Virus record (IMG/VR): IMGVR_UViG_3300020395_001275 | Direction: 5' to 3' (one strand) | From: an uncultured virus (IMG/VR IMGVR_UViG_3300020395_001275) | Taxonomy: Duplodnaviria > Heunggongvirae > Uroviricota > Caudoviricetes | DNA length: 64,000 bases | Shown: positions 57,383 to 64,000 of the stretch, piece after piece | Numbering within the stretch: position 1 is the stretch's first letter | Layout of the letters: each line of letters opens with the position of its first letter | Made by a program: the position numbers and the translations under genes | Notes under the pieces: generated by a model | What the model was told of the DNA's origin: nothing | Database searches by the model: none | The model's input: only the letters and a program-made list of their open reading frames with translations

Positions 57383-58465
57383 TTAACCGATTGATGGTGC
57401 TGTTAAAGCAACTTGAGTACTCTCAGCAGATGCTAAGTCAAGTGGGAAGTTGTGAGCGTTACGCTCGTGCATTACTTCCATACCAAGGTTTGCTCTGTTT
57501 AGGATGTCACCCCATGTAGGAACAACTTTACCGTTAGCATCAACAACTGATTGGTTAAAGTTGAAACCGTTCAAGTTGAATGCCATTGTGCAGATACCCA
57601 TAGAGGTTAACCATACACATACAACAGGGAAAACTGCTAGGAAGAAGTGAAGACTTCTTGAGTTGTTGAATGAAGCATACTGGAAGATAAGACGACCAAA
57701 GTAACCGTGTGCAGCTACTATGTTGTATGTTTCTTCTTCTTGTCCAAACTTGTAACCATAGTTCTGAGAAGTAAGACCTGATGTTTCTCTGATAAGAGAA
57801 GATGTTACTAATGAACCATGCATTGCTGAGAATAAAGATCCTCCGAACATACCTGCTACACCTGCCATGTGGAAGGGGTGCATTAATATGTTGTGCTCTG
57901 CTTGGAATACAAACATGAAGTTGAATGTACCTGAGATACCTAGTGGCATACCATCAGAGAAAGATCCCTGACCGAATGGGTATACTAAGAATACAGCGAA
58001 TGCAGCAGATACTGGTGCAGAGTATGCAACACAGATCCAAGGACGCATTCCTAATCTGTATGATAGTTCCCACTGTCTTCCCATGTATGCTGAGATACCA
58101 ATAAGGAAGTGGAAGATTACCAACTGATAAGGACCACCATTATACAACCATTCATCAACAGTTGCTGCTTCCCAGATTGGGTAGAAGTGTAGTCCGATAG
58201 CGTTTGATGAAGGAACAACTGCACCAGAGATGATGTTGTTACCATACATGAAAGAACCCGCTACTGGTTCTCTGATCCCGTCGATATCGACAGGAGGTGC
58301 TGCTATGAAAGCAACGATAAAACATGTTGCTGCTGCGAGCAAGCATGGGATCATGAGTACTCCGAACCAACCAACATAGATTCTGTTGTTTGTTGAAGTT
58401 ACCCACTCACAGAACTGAGGCCATCCTTGTAATAAGGAGCCTTGCCTTTTTGAGATTGTTGTCAT
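57383..58465 (-). CDS. psbA: photosystem II D1 protein, no intron
   Basis: Full 360-aa D1 including [16 protein letters not shown]. Confidence 0.99.
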   Translation of the reverse strand: MTTISKRQGSLLQGWPQFCEWVTSTNNRIYVGWFGVLMIPCLLAAATCFIVAFIAAPPVDIDGIREPVAGSFMYGNNIISGAVVPSSNAIGLHFYPIWEAATVDEWLYNGGPYQLVIFHFLIGISAYMGRQWELSYRLGMRPWICVAYSAPVSAAFAVFLVYPFGQGSFSDGMPLGISGTFNFMFVFQAEHNILMHPFHMAGVAGMFGGSLFSAMHGSLVTSSLIRETSGLTSQNYGYKFGQEEETYNIVAAHGYFGRLIFQYASFNNSRSLHFFLAVFPVVCVWLTSMGICTMAFNLNGFNFNQSVVDANGKVVPTWGDILNRANLGMEVMHERNAHNFPLDLASAESTQVALTAPSIG

Positions 58466-58484
58466 GAGGACATTTGAATAGTAG

Positions 58485-58584
58485 GGCTCAAAGGGTAGAG
58501 CGAAACTATATTTCCACCAATCCCTTCACTGGTGGATATGAGAGACGTACTTTATACTCCCATAGGTCTCGGTTAAACGGGAGT
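58485..58584 (-). ncRNA. PhotoRC-II-type 5' UTR RNA motif
   Basis: ACUCCC/GGGAGU stem with loop GAGAC pairing to downstream GUCUC; UCCACCA/UGGUGGA stem with loop AAGGG pairing to CCCUU; directly 5' of psbA. Confidence 0.75.
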
Positions 58585-58611
58585 CTGTGTCGAAAACCGA
58601 ACACATTACCT

Positions 58612-58655
58612 ATTATATAGGCAATTGTTAAGTTTTGTCAAGCTGGTGGACAGTT
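58612..58655 (-). promoter_or_regulatory. psbA promoter with HLR1-like direct repeat
   Basis: AACTGTCCAC..TTGACA-18-TATAAT; TTGACAAA-ac-TTAACAAT. Confidence 0.7.
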
Positions 58656-59272
58656 TTAAAATTGACATTCCAACTGATGCTGATGCGTTTACTTTCTGTG
58701 CGATTGGTACTGACACCATGCGTTAACCAACCAGGAAATAATATCATGAGACCCACTCTAGGTGGGATGTTAAACCTTTCGTTCAATTGTATCCATGCAG
58801 GTGTACAACCTGCCTGTGCTACTGGACTTTCAAAGTAGATACTACCATCATCTCCACTCGTCTGATAATAATATACTCCAGATATATCTGCAGTGGAGTG
58901 GTGATGTGCATGAGCATAACTTCCTTTGCGAAACTCATTGATCCATGACTTCCTATTGTATACTAATCTGTCTGGATCATACATGTCTGTGGCAGGAAAC
59001 CCAGTGTGTTGACAGTACCTTTCCACTGCACCATTGAGTGCTGAAATGAAAGAGATACATGCTTTCTCCTTCAACCAGTCACCATCAAACTCTCCTTGAC
59101 ATATGTTATGTCCTAGTTGTTCAGAGAATTTATGTGAACCTGGTTCATTAAATTTTGTTGTTGTTATCCCTAGACTTATCTCATCCTGTATCAAATCAAT
59201 ATTAGAACGTGGTTCAAACTGTTCGATATAAATTGGTGTTTGGAATAGGGGTTGTATTGCAAACTGTCCCAT
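58628..59272 (-). CDS. 2OG-Fe(II) oxygenase
   Basis: PLFQTP, SWIN, HHH..ADISGVYY, FPGWL.H.V, RISISWN. Confidence 0.88.
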   Translation of the reverse strand: MGQFAIQPLFQTPIYIEQFEPRSNIDLIQDEISLGITTTKFNEPGSHKFSEQLGHNICQGEFDGDWLKEKACISFISALNGAVERYCQHTGFPATDMYDPDRLVYNRKSWINEFRKGSYAHAHHHSTADISGVYYYQTSGDDGSIYFESPVAQAGCTPAWIQLNERFNIPPRVGLMILFPGWLTHGVSTNRTESKRISISWNVNFKTVHQLDKT

Positions 59273-59439
59273 TAACAACTGTGCTCTTCTAATGCTAGTT
59301 CTTGGTCTTCCACAGTAACGTATGTTAAATCTTCTGTGAAGTATGACCTGTATATCCTACTCCATATTACATCAAACTCTTCTTGATTTAAGTCCTTGAA
59401 TAGACATTCCTCTTTAAGATAGATGTGATATGTATTCAT
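59272..59439 (-). CDS. 55-aa conserved cyanophage protein
   Basis: YHIY.K..CLFK.L..EEF...W; coupled at both ends. Confidence 0.7.
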   Translation of the reverse strand: MNTYHIYLKEECLFKDLNQEEFDVIWSRIYRSYFTEDLTYVTVEDQELALEEHSC

Positions 59440-60131
59440 TTTCCTCCAGTCAATGCACCAAACATGGTTTTAACAAAGACTTTTAATGCTGAGTTCCATG
59501 CATCCTTGGTATCTCCTGATAAACCATCAAACATATACATGTTCAATCGGAATGCATAGTTTGCTTCAGCAATGATGTCATTAATCTCATGACTATCTGT
59601 GGTCACTAGATCTAATGCTTCTCTATACTTGGTCTTGAATTCTTTCTTGTCCTCTATCTTAGGGAAGTCATAGAAGTGAAGACCCTCACCCTTCGGTAGA
59701 TCTAGTGCCTTCTCTGCTATACCTTTCAGTATCTGTCCACCTGATAGATCTCCAAGATACCTAGTGTAATGATGTCCTACTAATAAGTAAGGGTCTTTGT
59801 CTGCAACCTCATGTATTCTCTCAACGTATTGAATACATGCTTCGGATGGTTTGACCTCCATCATCCAGTTAGGACCATAGTAGTATCTGAGATCCCACTT
59901 TAAGAAACTCAAACGATTTAATTCTGTGAAGTAAATAAATCTAAGATACTTATCATGCTTCAACCTCTCCATCTCCTCTTCTAATGCAGAGTAGACAAAG
60001 TAAAAGTCTTTAATAAGTTCCCTATAATTCTCTTCACTTACGACACCACGAAGAAAAGACCCCACAAACTTAGTGTTCTCTGCTGCTGTGTGAGATCTTT
60101 TGGTTCCTGTTTTTAATTCTGTTGCTAACAT
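59436..60131 (-). CDS. ho1: heme oxygenase
   Basis: GT..SH..AE, H.YTRYLGDLSGGQ, EAN.AF.LN. Confidence 0.96.
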   Translation of the reverse strand: MLATELKTGTKRSHTAAENTKFVGSFLRGVVSEENYRELIKDFYFVYSALEEEMERLKHDKYLRFIYFTELNRLSFLKWDLRYYYGPNWMMEVKPSEACIQYVERIHEVADKDPYLLVGHHYTRYLGDLSGGQILKGIAEKALDLPKGEGLHFYDFPKIEDKKEFKTKYREALDLVTTDSHEINDIIAEANYAFRLNMYMFDGLSGDTKDAWNSALKVFVKTMFGALTGGK

Positions 60132-60135
60132 AATA

Positions 60136-60345
60136 TTAATCCTTCATCTGAAAATGTTTTTTGATGACTGATACTTGATCTTCATACTTAGCAATTATAT
60201 CCAATTCCTTTTCAATTGATTCTAATATATCAGTATGTTCGCCAACACCTGCGGGGTTGGAAAGGTATACCTCTACATTCATCTTATGTTTCTGGATGTC
60301 TCCTTGAGCATGTGCTAGGAGTGCTGAGATTATTTGGTTTCTCAT
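60136..60345 (-). CDS. conserved cyanophage small protein
   Basis: NVEVYL.NP.G.GEH.DI...IE.EL; TTGACA-17-TATAAT promoter. Confidence 0.8.
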   Translation of the reverse strand: MRNQIISALLAHAQGDIQKHKMNVEVYLSNPAGVGEHTDILESIEKELDIIAKYEDQVSVIKKHFQMKD

Positions 60346-60393
60346 CTGTAACTGTACACTACGAAAATATTATACAGTATTTAGAGAGAGTTG

Positions 60394-60504
60394 TCAATCC
60401 TCCATCATATAATACATGGCTGTCATCCACATAATAGTAACCATGCTGACCCCACCAAGGATCATCATTACCATTTGTGCTACGTGGAGATAAGAGAGGG
60501 GCAT
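60394..60504 (-). CDS. 36-aa Met-rich single-TM peptide
   Basis: TAATG coupling; MPLSYLHVAQMVMMILGGVSMVTIMWMTAMYYMMED. Confidence 0.55.
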   Translation of the reverse strand: MPLSYLHVAQMVMMILGGVSMVTIMWMTAMYYMMED

Positions 60505-60605
60505 TAGATTAGTCCAAGAGATCCACAGGTGATCCCTACAGTTAAAAAGAATATAAACTCAAACACAGACATGTAGCCTGCGTTCTCTAGTAAAAATTGA
60601 GTCAT
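60504..60605 (-). CDS. 33-aa single-TM peptide
   Basis: GAGGAG upstream; MTQFLLENAGYMSVFEFIFFLTVGITCGSLGLI. Confidence 0.6.
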   Translation of the reverse strand: MTQFLLENAGYMSVFEFIFFLTVGITCGSLGLI

Positions 60606-60631
60606 TTATGCTTGTGCTCCTCAGCGTATGT

Positions 60632-60706
60632 TTATGCAAATGCGATGTTACCAACACCTGTTACGATGTAAAGTGCAACAACTGATGTAAATAGAATGTG
60701 ATACAT
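60632..60706 (-). CDS. 24-aa single-TM peptide
   Basis: MYHILFTSVVALYIVTGVGNIAFA downstream of TTGACA-17-TATACT. Confidence 0.55.
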   Translation of the reverse strand: MYHILFTSVVALYIVTGVGNIAFA

Positions 60707-60753
60707 GATAGGTAAAAATACTTACAGTAGTATATAGGTATTTTTACTCTTTG

Positions 60754-60942
60754 TCAAGCACCCGAAGGTAAGTGTTGTAATTGAAACACACGGACTGCCT
60801 TCCCACCACCAGTGTCATCGTCATCATCGTCATTAAATGCACGAAGAATGAGTTCGATCAACACCAAAGAAGCCATTGGGTAAAAGACCCATAAAATGGC
60901 TGTAAAAGGTGTTATTGAGTTGTCAGCGATGAGTTCGCCCAT
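60754..60942 (-). CDS. small membrane protein with poly-Asp/GGG motif
   Basis: TM helix then DDDDDD.GGG. Confidence 0.7.
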   Translation of the reverse strand: MGELIADNSITPFTAILWVFYPMASLVLIELILRAFNDDDDDDTGGGKAVRVFQLQHLPSGA

Positions 60943-60987
60943 GTGTATTAAGAATTGTTACGAATAATTATTTAGTTTTGTAAAGTT

Positions 60988-61125
60988 TTAGACTAAACCA
61001 GGAATGAGTTGCCCAGTGAAACTGTAGCTAGCGAAAGCTGCGACACAGCCAACGATAGCAGCAATACCATTCCACTTTTCAGCGATGGAGAAGTCAACTT
61101 GATCGTTTCTTTTTTCATTTTTCAT
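60988..61125 (-). CDS. hli: high-light-inducible protein
   Basis: AEKWNGIAAIVG...TGQLIPG. Confidence 0.88.
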   Translation of the reverse strand: MKNEKRNDQVDFSIAEKWNGIAAIVGCVAAFASYSFTGQLIPGLV

Positions 61126-61238
61126 TAGTAGATACCTGGTACGAGGTGACCTGTAAATGCATAGGTTCCACAGATAACTAGGAAACCCATCATTGCTGCA
61201 CGACCTTGTGCTTTTAGGAAAATATTTTGGTTTTTCAT
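61125..61238 (-). CDS. hli: divergent high-light-inducible protein
   Basis: FLKAQGRAAMMGF...TGHLVPGIY. Confidence 0.8.
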   Translation of the reverse strand: MKNQNIFLKAQGRAAMMGFLVICGTYAFTGHLVPGIY

Positions 61239-61239
61239 T

Positions 61240-61347
61240 TTAGAAAATACCTGGTATGATTTGTCCTGTTGTTGCGTATGCACCGACTGCTGCTACGAAA
61301 CCGAGCATTGCTGCCCAACCATTAAATTTTTCTGCTTCTGGAGTCAT
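61240..61347 (-). CDS. hli: high-light-inducible protein
   Basis: MTPEAEKFNGWAAMLGFVAAVGAYATTGQIIPGIF. Confidence 0.95.
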   Translation of the reverse strand: MTPEAEKFNGWAAMLGFVAAVGAYATTGQIIPGIF

Positions 61348-61395
61348 TGTTCTTAGATTTGTAAAGGAATAGAATTAATAGAGACCTGTCTATGC

Positions 61396-61611
61396 TTACG
61401 CAAAGCCAGGTATGATCCACCCGAAAAAGGTGTAATTAGTAACTGCTGCTACTAGTCCGATCATTGCTAGACGACCGTTAAGTAATTCAGCACGTTGCCA
61501 GTAGGTACCGTCTTGGTCAACCACTTGGATTTGAGGTTCGATAGAAAAGATATTCTGTCTACCACCAGATTCTGTGGTCATACCTTTGTACTTGGCATTT
61601 GTCGTAGTCAT
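61396..61611 (-). CDS. hli: high-light-inducible protein
   Basis: TTESGGRQNIF..EP; AELLNGRLAMIG. Confidence 0.95.
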   Translation of the reverse strand: MTTTNAKYKGMTTESGGRQNIFSIEPQIQVVDQDGTYWQRAELLNGRLAMIGLVAAVTNYTFFGWIIPGFA

Positions 61612-61616
61612 AAAAC

Positions 61617-61667
61617 TTCATTAAGTTATGTAACATTATTATATAGCAAATATTAAATTTATGTCAA
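61617..61667 (-). promoter_or_regulatory. hli operon promoter with HLR1-like repeats
   Basis: TTGACA-18-TATAAT; GTTACATA-ac-TTAATGAA downstream of the -10. Confidence 0.7.
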
Positions 61668-61794
61668 GCCCCCTATGTGTGGAGAACCGAATGTACATAA
61701 TCTGTACCAATAGTGGGTATAAGTACCTCTTATACTGTTCTTTATGATACAAATATAAAACTGCTACATAATACTAGGGTAAGTTGTATCAAAA

Positions 61795-62295
61795 ATGAAA
61801 AAACTTTTATTGATATCAGCAGTGGTTGGGAGCATGGGATCTCCTGCATTTGCTGACATCACTCATAGAATGCAGTCATCGGTCTCATTGACTACGAATG
61901 CGGCTGCAACACAGGTAGAGAGAATAGGTTCGACCTATAGCGTCTCTGGATCAGGTCTCACCATGGACGTTGCTGGTGGTAACACTGCTGATAATATGGT
62001 TGGTGGCATCGGTAGTCTCTCATCAGGCGTTGGTCAAGGTAGTATTGCTACAGGGACTACGACTACTGCAGGTGGGGCGTTCAGCTTTAGCCAGTCATTC
62101 ATTCAAGGTGACGTAATAGAAACTACTGCTCCCGCAGTTGGTGCAGTTAGTGACTACTCTAGTCAGGTATCTACTGGCGTAGGTAGTGGAACTGGTACAG
62201 GTACTGTGACCTCAGCACATACTGTAACAGCAGTTGGTGGTGGATCAGGAACCTCAACCATAGGACAGTTCGTAACTGAATTAAATATCAACTAG
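61795..62295 (+). CDS. secreted G/S/T-rich protein
   Basis: Signal peptide ending AFA; beta-rich. Confidence 0.8.
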   Translation: MKKLLLISAVVGSMGSPAFADITHRMQSSVSLTTNAAATQVERIGSTYSVSGSGLTMDVAGGNTADNMVGGIGSLSSGVGQGSIATGTTTTAGGAFSFSQSFIQGDVIETTAPAVGAVSDYSSQVSTGVGSGTGTGTVTSAHTVTAVGGGSGTSTIGQFVTELNIN

Positions 62296-62297
62296 AG

Positions 62298-62750
62298 ATG
62301 AAGTATAGGCTTCTGCTATGTACATTATGTGCTATGGGTGGTGTAACCCCAGTGATAGCAGTGCCTGTGGTCCCCAATTTTACACAAGGCTCGATGACGA
62401 GCCACACGGAAACGACTTCTACCGTGGTGGAGACCATAAATTCGATGGATTATGCCACAGGCTGGACCTATTCGGTAAGTGGCACAGGGGTAGAACTTGA
62501 AGCAGGTAGTACTAACGTAGCACCTGATGCGACAACAACACAGAACAATACCATTAACGGTGTGACTTCAACATGGACTGGATTAGACTTATCAACTCAA
62601 CAAAAACCAAACTTCGTGCAGACGACACCAGGAGCAGCGTTCCAATTCACGGAACATTACAGTGGCCCAGGGCTTCAGACGCACACAATAATACAAAGAA
62701 CCCAAACCGTAACAAGCGTCACAGACACAACCTCAATATTCCAACAATAG
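62298..62750 (+). CDS. secreted T-rich protein
   Basis: Signal peptide; VPVVPNF.QG and PGAAFQFTE.Y.GPG. Confidence 0.8.
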   Translation: MKYRLLLCTLCAMGGVTPVIAVPVVPNFTQGSMTSHTETTSTVVETINSMDYATGWTYSVSGTGVELEAGSTNVAPDATTTQNNTINGVTSTWTGLDLSTQQKPNFVQTTPGAAFQFTEHYSGPGLQTHTIIQRTQTVTSVTDTTSIFQQ

Positions 62751-63571
62751 CGTTGGCACTGTTCACATGTGTACCTACGTACGCACAGACAGATGTTGGA
62801 GGTGTATCTGCTACAGCAAACCCGATCGCCAATTCTTCAGGCTCAGTCACCAACCAGGCAATACAAGTTTTACAAGGACCATATGTAACATCTCAGATGG
62901 GAGATGGTATCTCATGTCAAGGTGCTACCTTTAATTTTACACCATACATCACTGGAAATATTTCACAACAGCATCCTTACGAACCGATCTATCAAGATCC
63001 TGTGTACAACAACGTGGATGCAGATGATGACGGTGTACCAGACAATCCTGGCCAAATTCTCTACTATGTTCCTACTCGTACAGGTCAGAAGAACAATACT
63101 AATGTGTCAGTAGGTATGTCTGCTACATGGTCACGTCCATTAGATAAAGAACAGATAGAACTATGTAAAACAGCAGCCTCACTGCACAATGAATACCGTG
63201 CACAGTTGACTGCCAATAAAAGATTAGATTTTGAGATAGCTCGTTTGAAAAATTGCGGGGAGTTGATGAAAGCTGGTATAGTATTCCATCCAAGTTCACC
63301 ATATCATGCTGTATGTGCTGACGTTATGTTAATCAATCCACCTGGTGTGGTAGGTCAACACACACATTCTATCGACGTTTCTTCACAGGACCTAGACCTT
63401 TCTTCTTCCGATATTCATCAGCAACAATCTCAGAACGTGTCGGTCGAACAGTCTTCCGACCGAGGATGGCGTTGGCCTTGGTCAACCCCTGCTTTATCGC
63501 AGGACGAAACACCCTCAGGAGCAGATCAGCTAGGGGTTTTGCAAGTAGGGCAGATGCACCCGCAACCGTAG
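62573..63571 (+). CDS. secreted/membrane protein (start uncertain)
   Basis: GGVSATANP.ANSSGSVTNQAIQV, GI.CQG, LDFE.ARLK.CGE. Confidence 0.75.
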   Translation: MDWIRLINSTKTKLRADDTRSSVPIHGTLQWPRASDAHNNTKNPNRNKRHRHNLNIPTIALALFTCVPTYAQTDVGGVSATANPIANSSGSVTNQAIQVLQGPYVTSQMGDGISCQGATFNFTPYITGNISQQHPYEPIYQDPVYNNVDADDDGVPDNPGQILYYVPTRTGQKNNTNVSVGMSATWSRPLDKEQIELCKTAASLHNEYRAQLTANKRLDFEIARLKNCGELMKAGIVFHPSSPYHAVCADVMLINPPGVVGQHTHSIDVSSQDLDLSSSDIHQQQSQNVSVEQSSDRGWRWPWSTPALSQDETPSGADQLGVLQVGQMHPQP

Positions 63572-64000
63572 CTATCACTGCGGTGGTCGTTGCTACCTGA
63601 GTGCTTGGTAGGTACTGTTCAACAGGTCCAATATTCTCATACAATATTACACAAATTTTTTGTCCTTGATTATTAGGGTCAGGTTGGAGTTCATATCCAC
63701 TGACCTTTTCTTTTTGGTTTTGTGCTATGTCTCCTATGCGTGGTTGATTAGGACCAGGACACTCTGGATCTTTTGGTACTGCTCCAGTAGTATCGGGTGT
63801 CTCAGGGGCACCTGGTGGGTCTGGTGGAGGTACAACATCAGGTGGTGGTAACTCTCTTACTATGGTTAACTGCTCTGGTTCATAGTTCATCGCATCATAC
63901 GATGGAACCTCACCATCACATAAGGTCATAACCTTAGAGGAATCATCCTCTGGTAAATTCTGTGCGTTCCTATCATCTGGATGTGCCTCAACACAACCAG
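63369..64000 (-). CDS. Pro-rich membrane-anchored protein, 5' end outside window
   Basis: Frame open to window edge; C-terminal TM then basic tail. Confidence 0.75.
   Translation of the reverse strand, partial: GCVEAHPDDRNAQNLPEDDSSKVMTLCDGEVPSYDAMNYEPEQLTIVRELPPPDVVPPPDPPGAPETPDTTGAVPKDPECPGPNQPRIGDIAQNQKEKVSGYELQPDPNNQGQKICVILYENIGPVEQYLPSTQVATTTAVIATVAGASALLAKPLADLLLRVFRPAIKQGLTKANAILGRKTVRPTRSEIVADEYRKKKGLGPVKKRR

Noticed and set aside
57383..58465. Intron or homing endonuclease in psbA; adjacent psbD
   Set aside because: The ORF is continuous and followed by a terminator; no psbD in the window.

Overview
64 kb of a T4-like marine cyanomyophage (Kyanoviridae-type), most likely infecting Prochlorococcus, based on a Prochlorococcus-style psbA with no adjacent psbD, plus pebS, ho1, cpeT, four hli genes, talC, cp12, phoH, purN and pyrE. 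Layout: (1) 1-7900, an AT-rich origin-like tract and an early region of short ORFs, most with their own sigma70-type promoter and shared upstream motifs. (2) 7900-16500, two DNA methyltransferases, a putative endonuclease, denV, pyrE and hypotheticals. (3) 16500-39100, tail fibres, adhesin and the baseplate module (split gp5, gp27-like hub, two tape-measure-like genes, gp51/gp26, gp54-like, gp4, gp2-like, gp48, gp53), with cpeT and an acyl carrier protein embedded. (4) 39000-50300, halogenase, gp32, manA RNA, pebS, 2OG-Fe(II) oxygenases, gp59, gp33, exonuclease, phoH, thyX and glutaredoxin. (5) 50300-64000, AMG and membrane-protein region. The strongest unexplained signal is a textbook -1 ribosomal frameshift cassette (T TTT TTC, 5-nt spacer, GC-rich hairpin). 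It would fuse gp26 to gp51 directly upstream of the tape-measure-like genes, a lambda G/GT-like arrangement in a T4-like phage. Other leads are the origin-like tract, several candidate structured RNAs, position-conserved promoter motifs and HLR1/RpaB-like boxes at psbA and hli. All family assignments are by recognition of motifs by eye; no searches were run.
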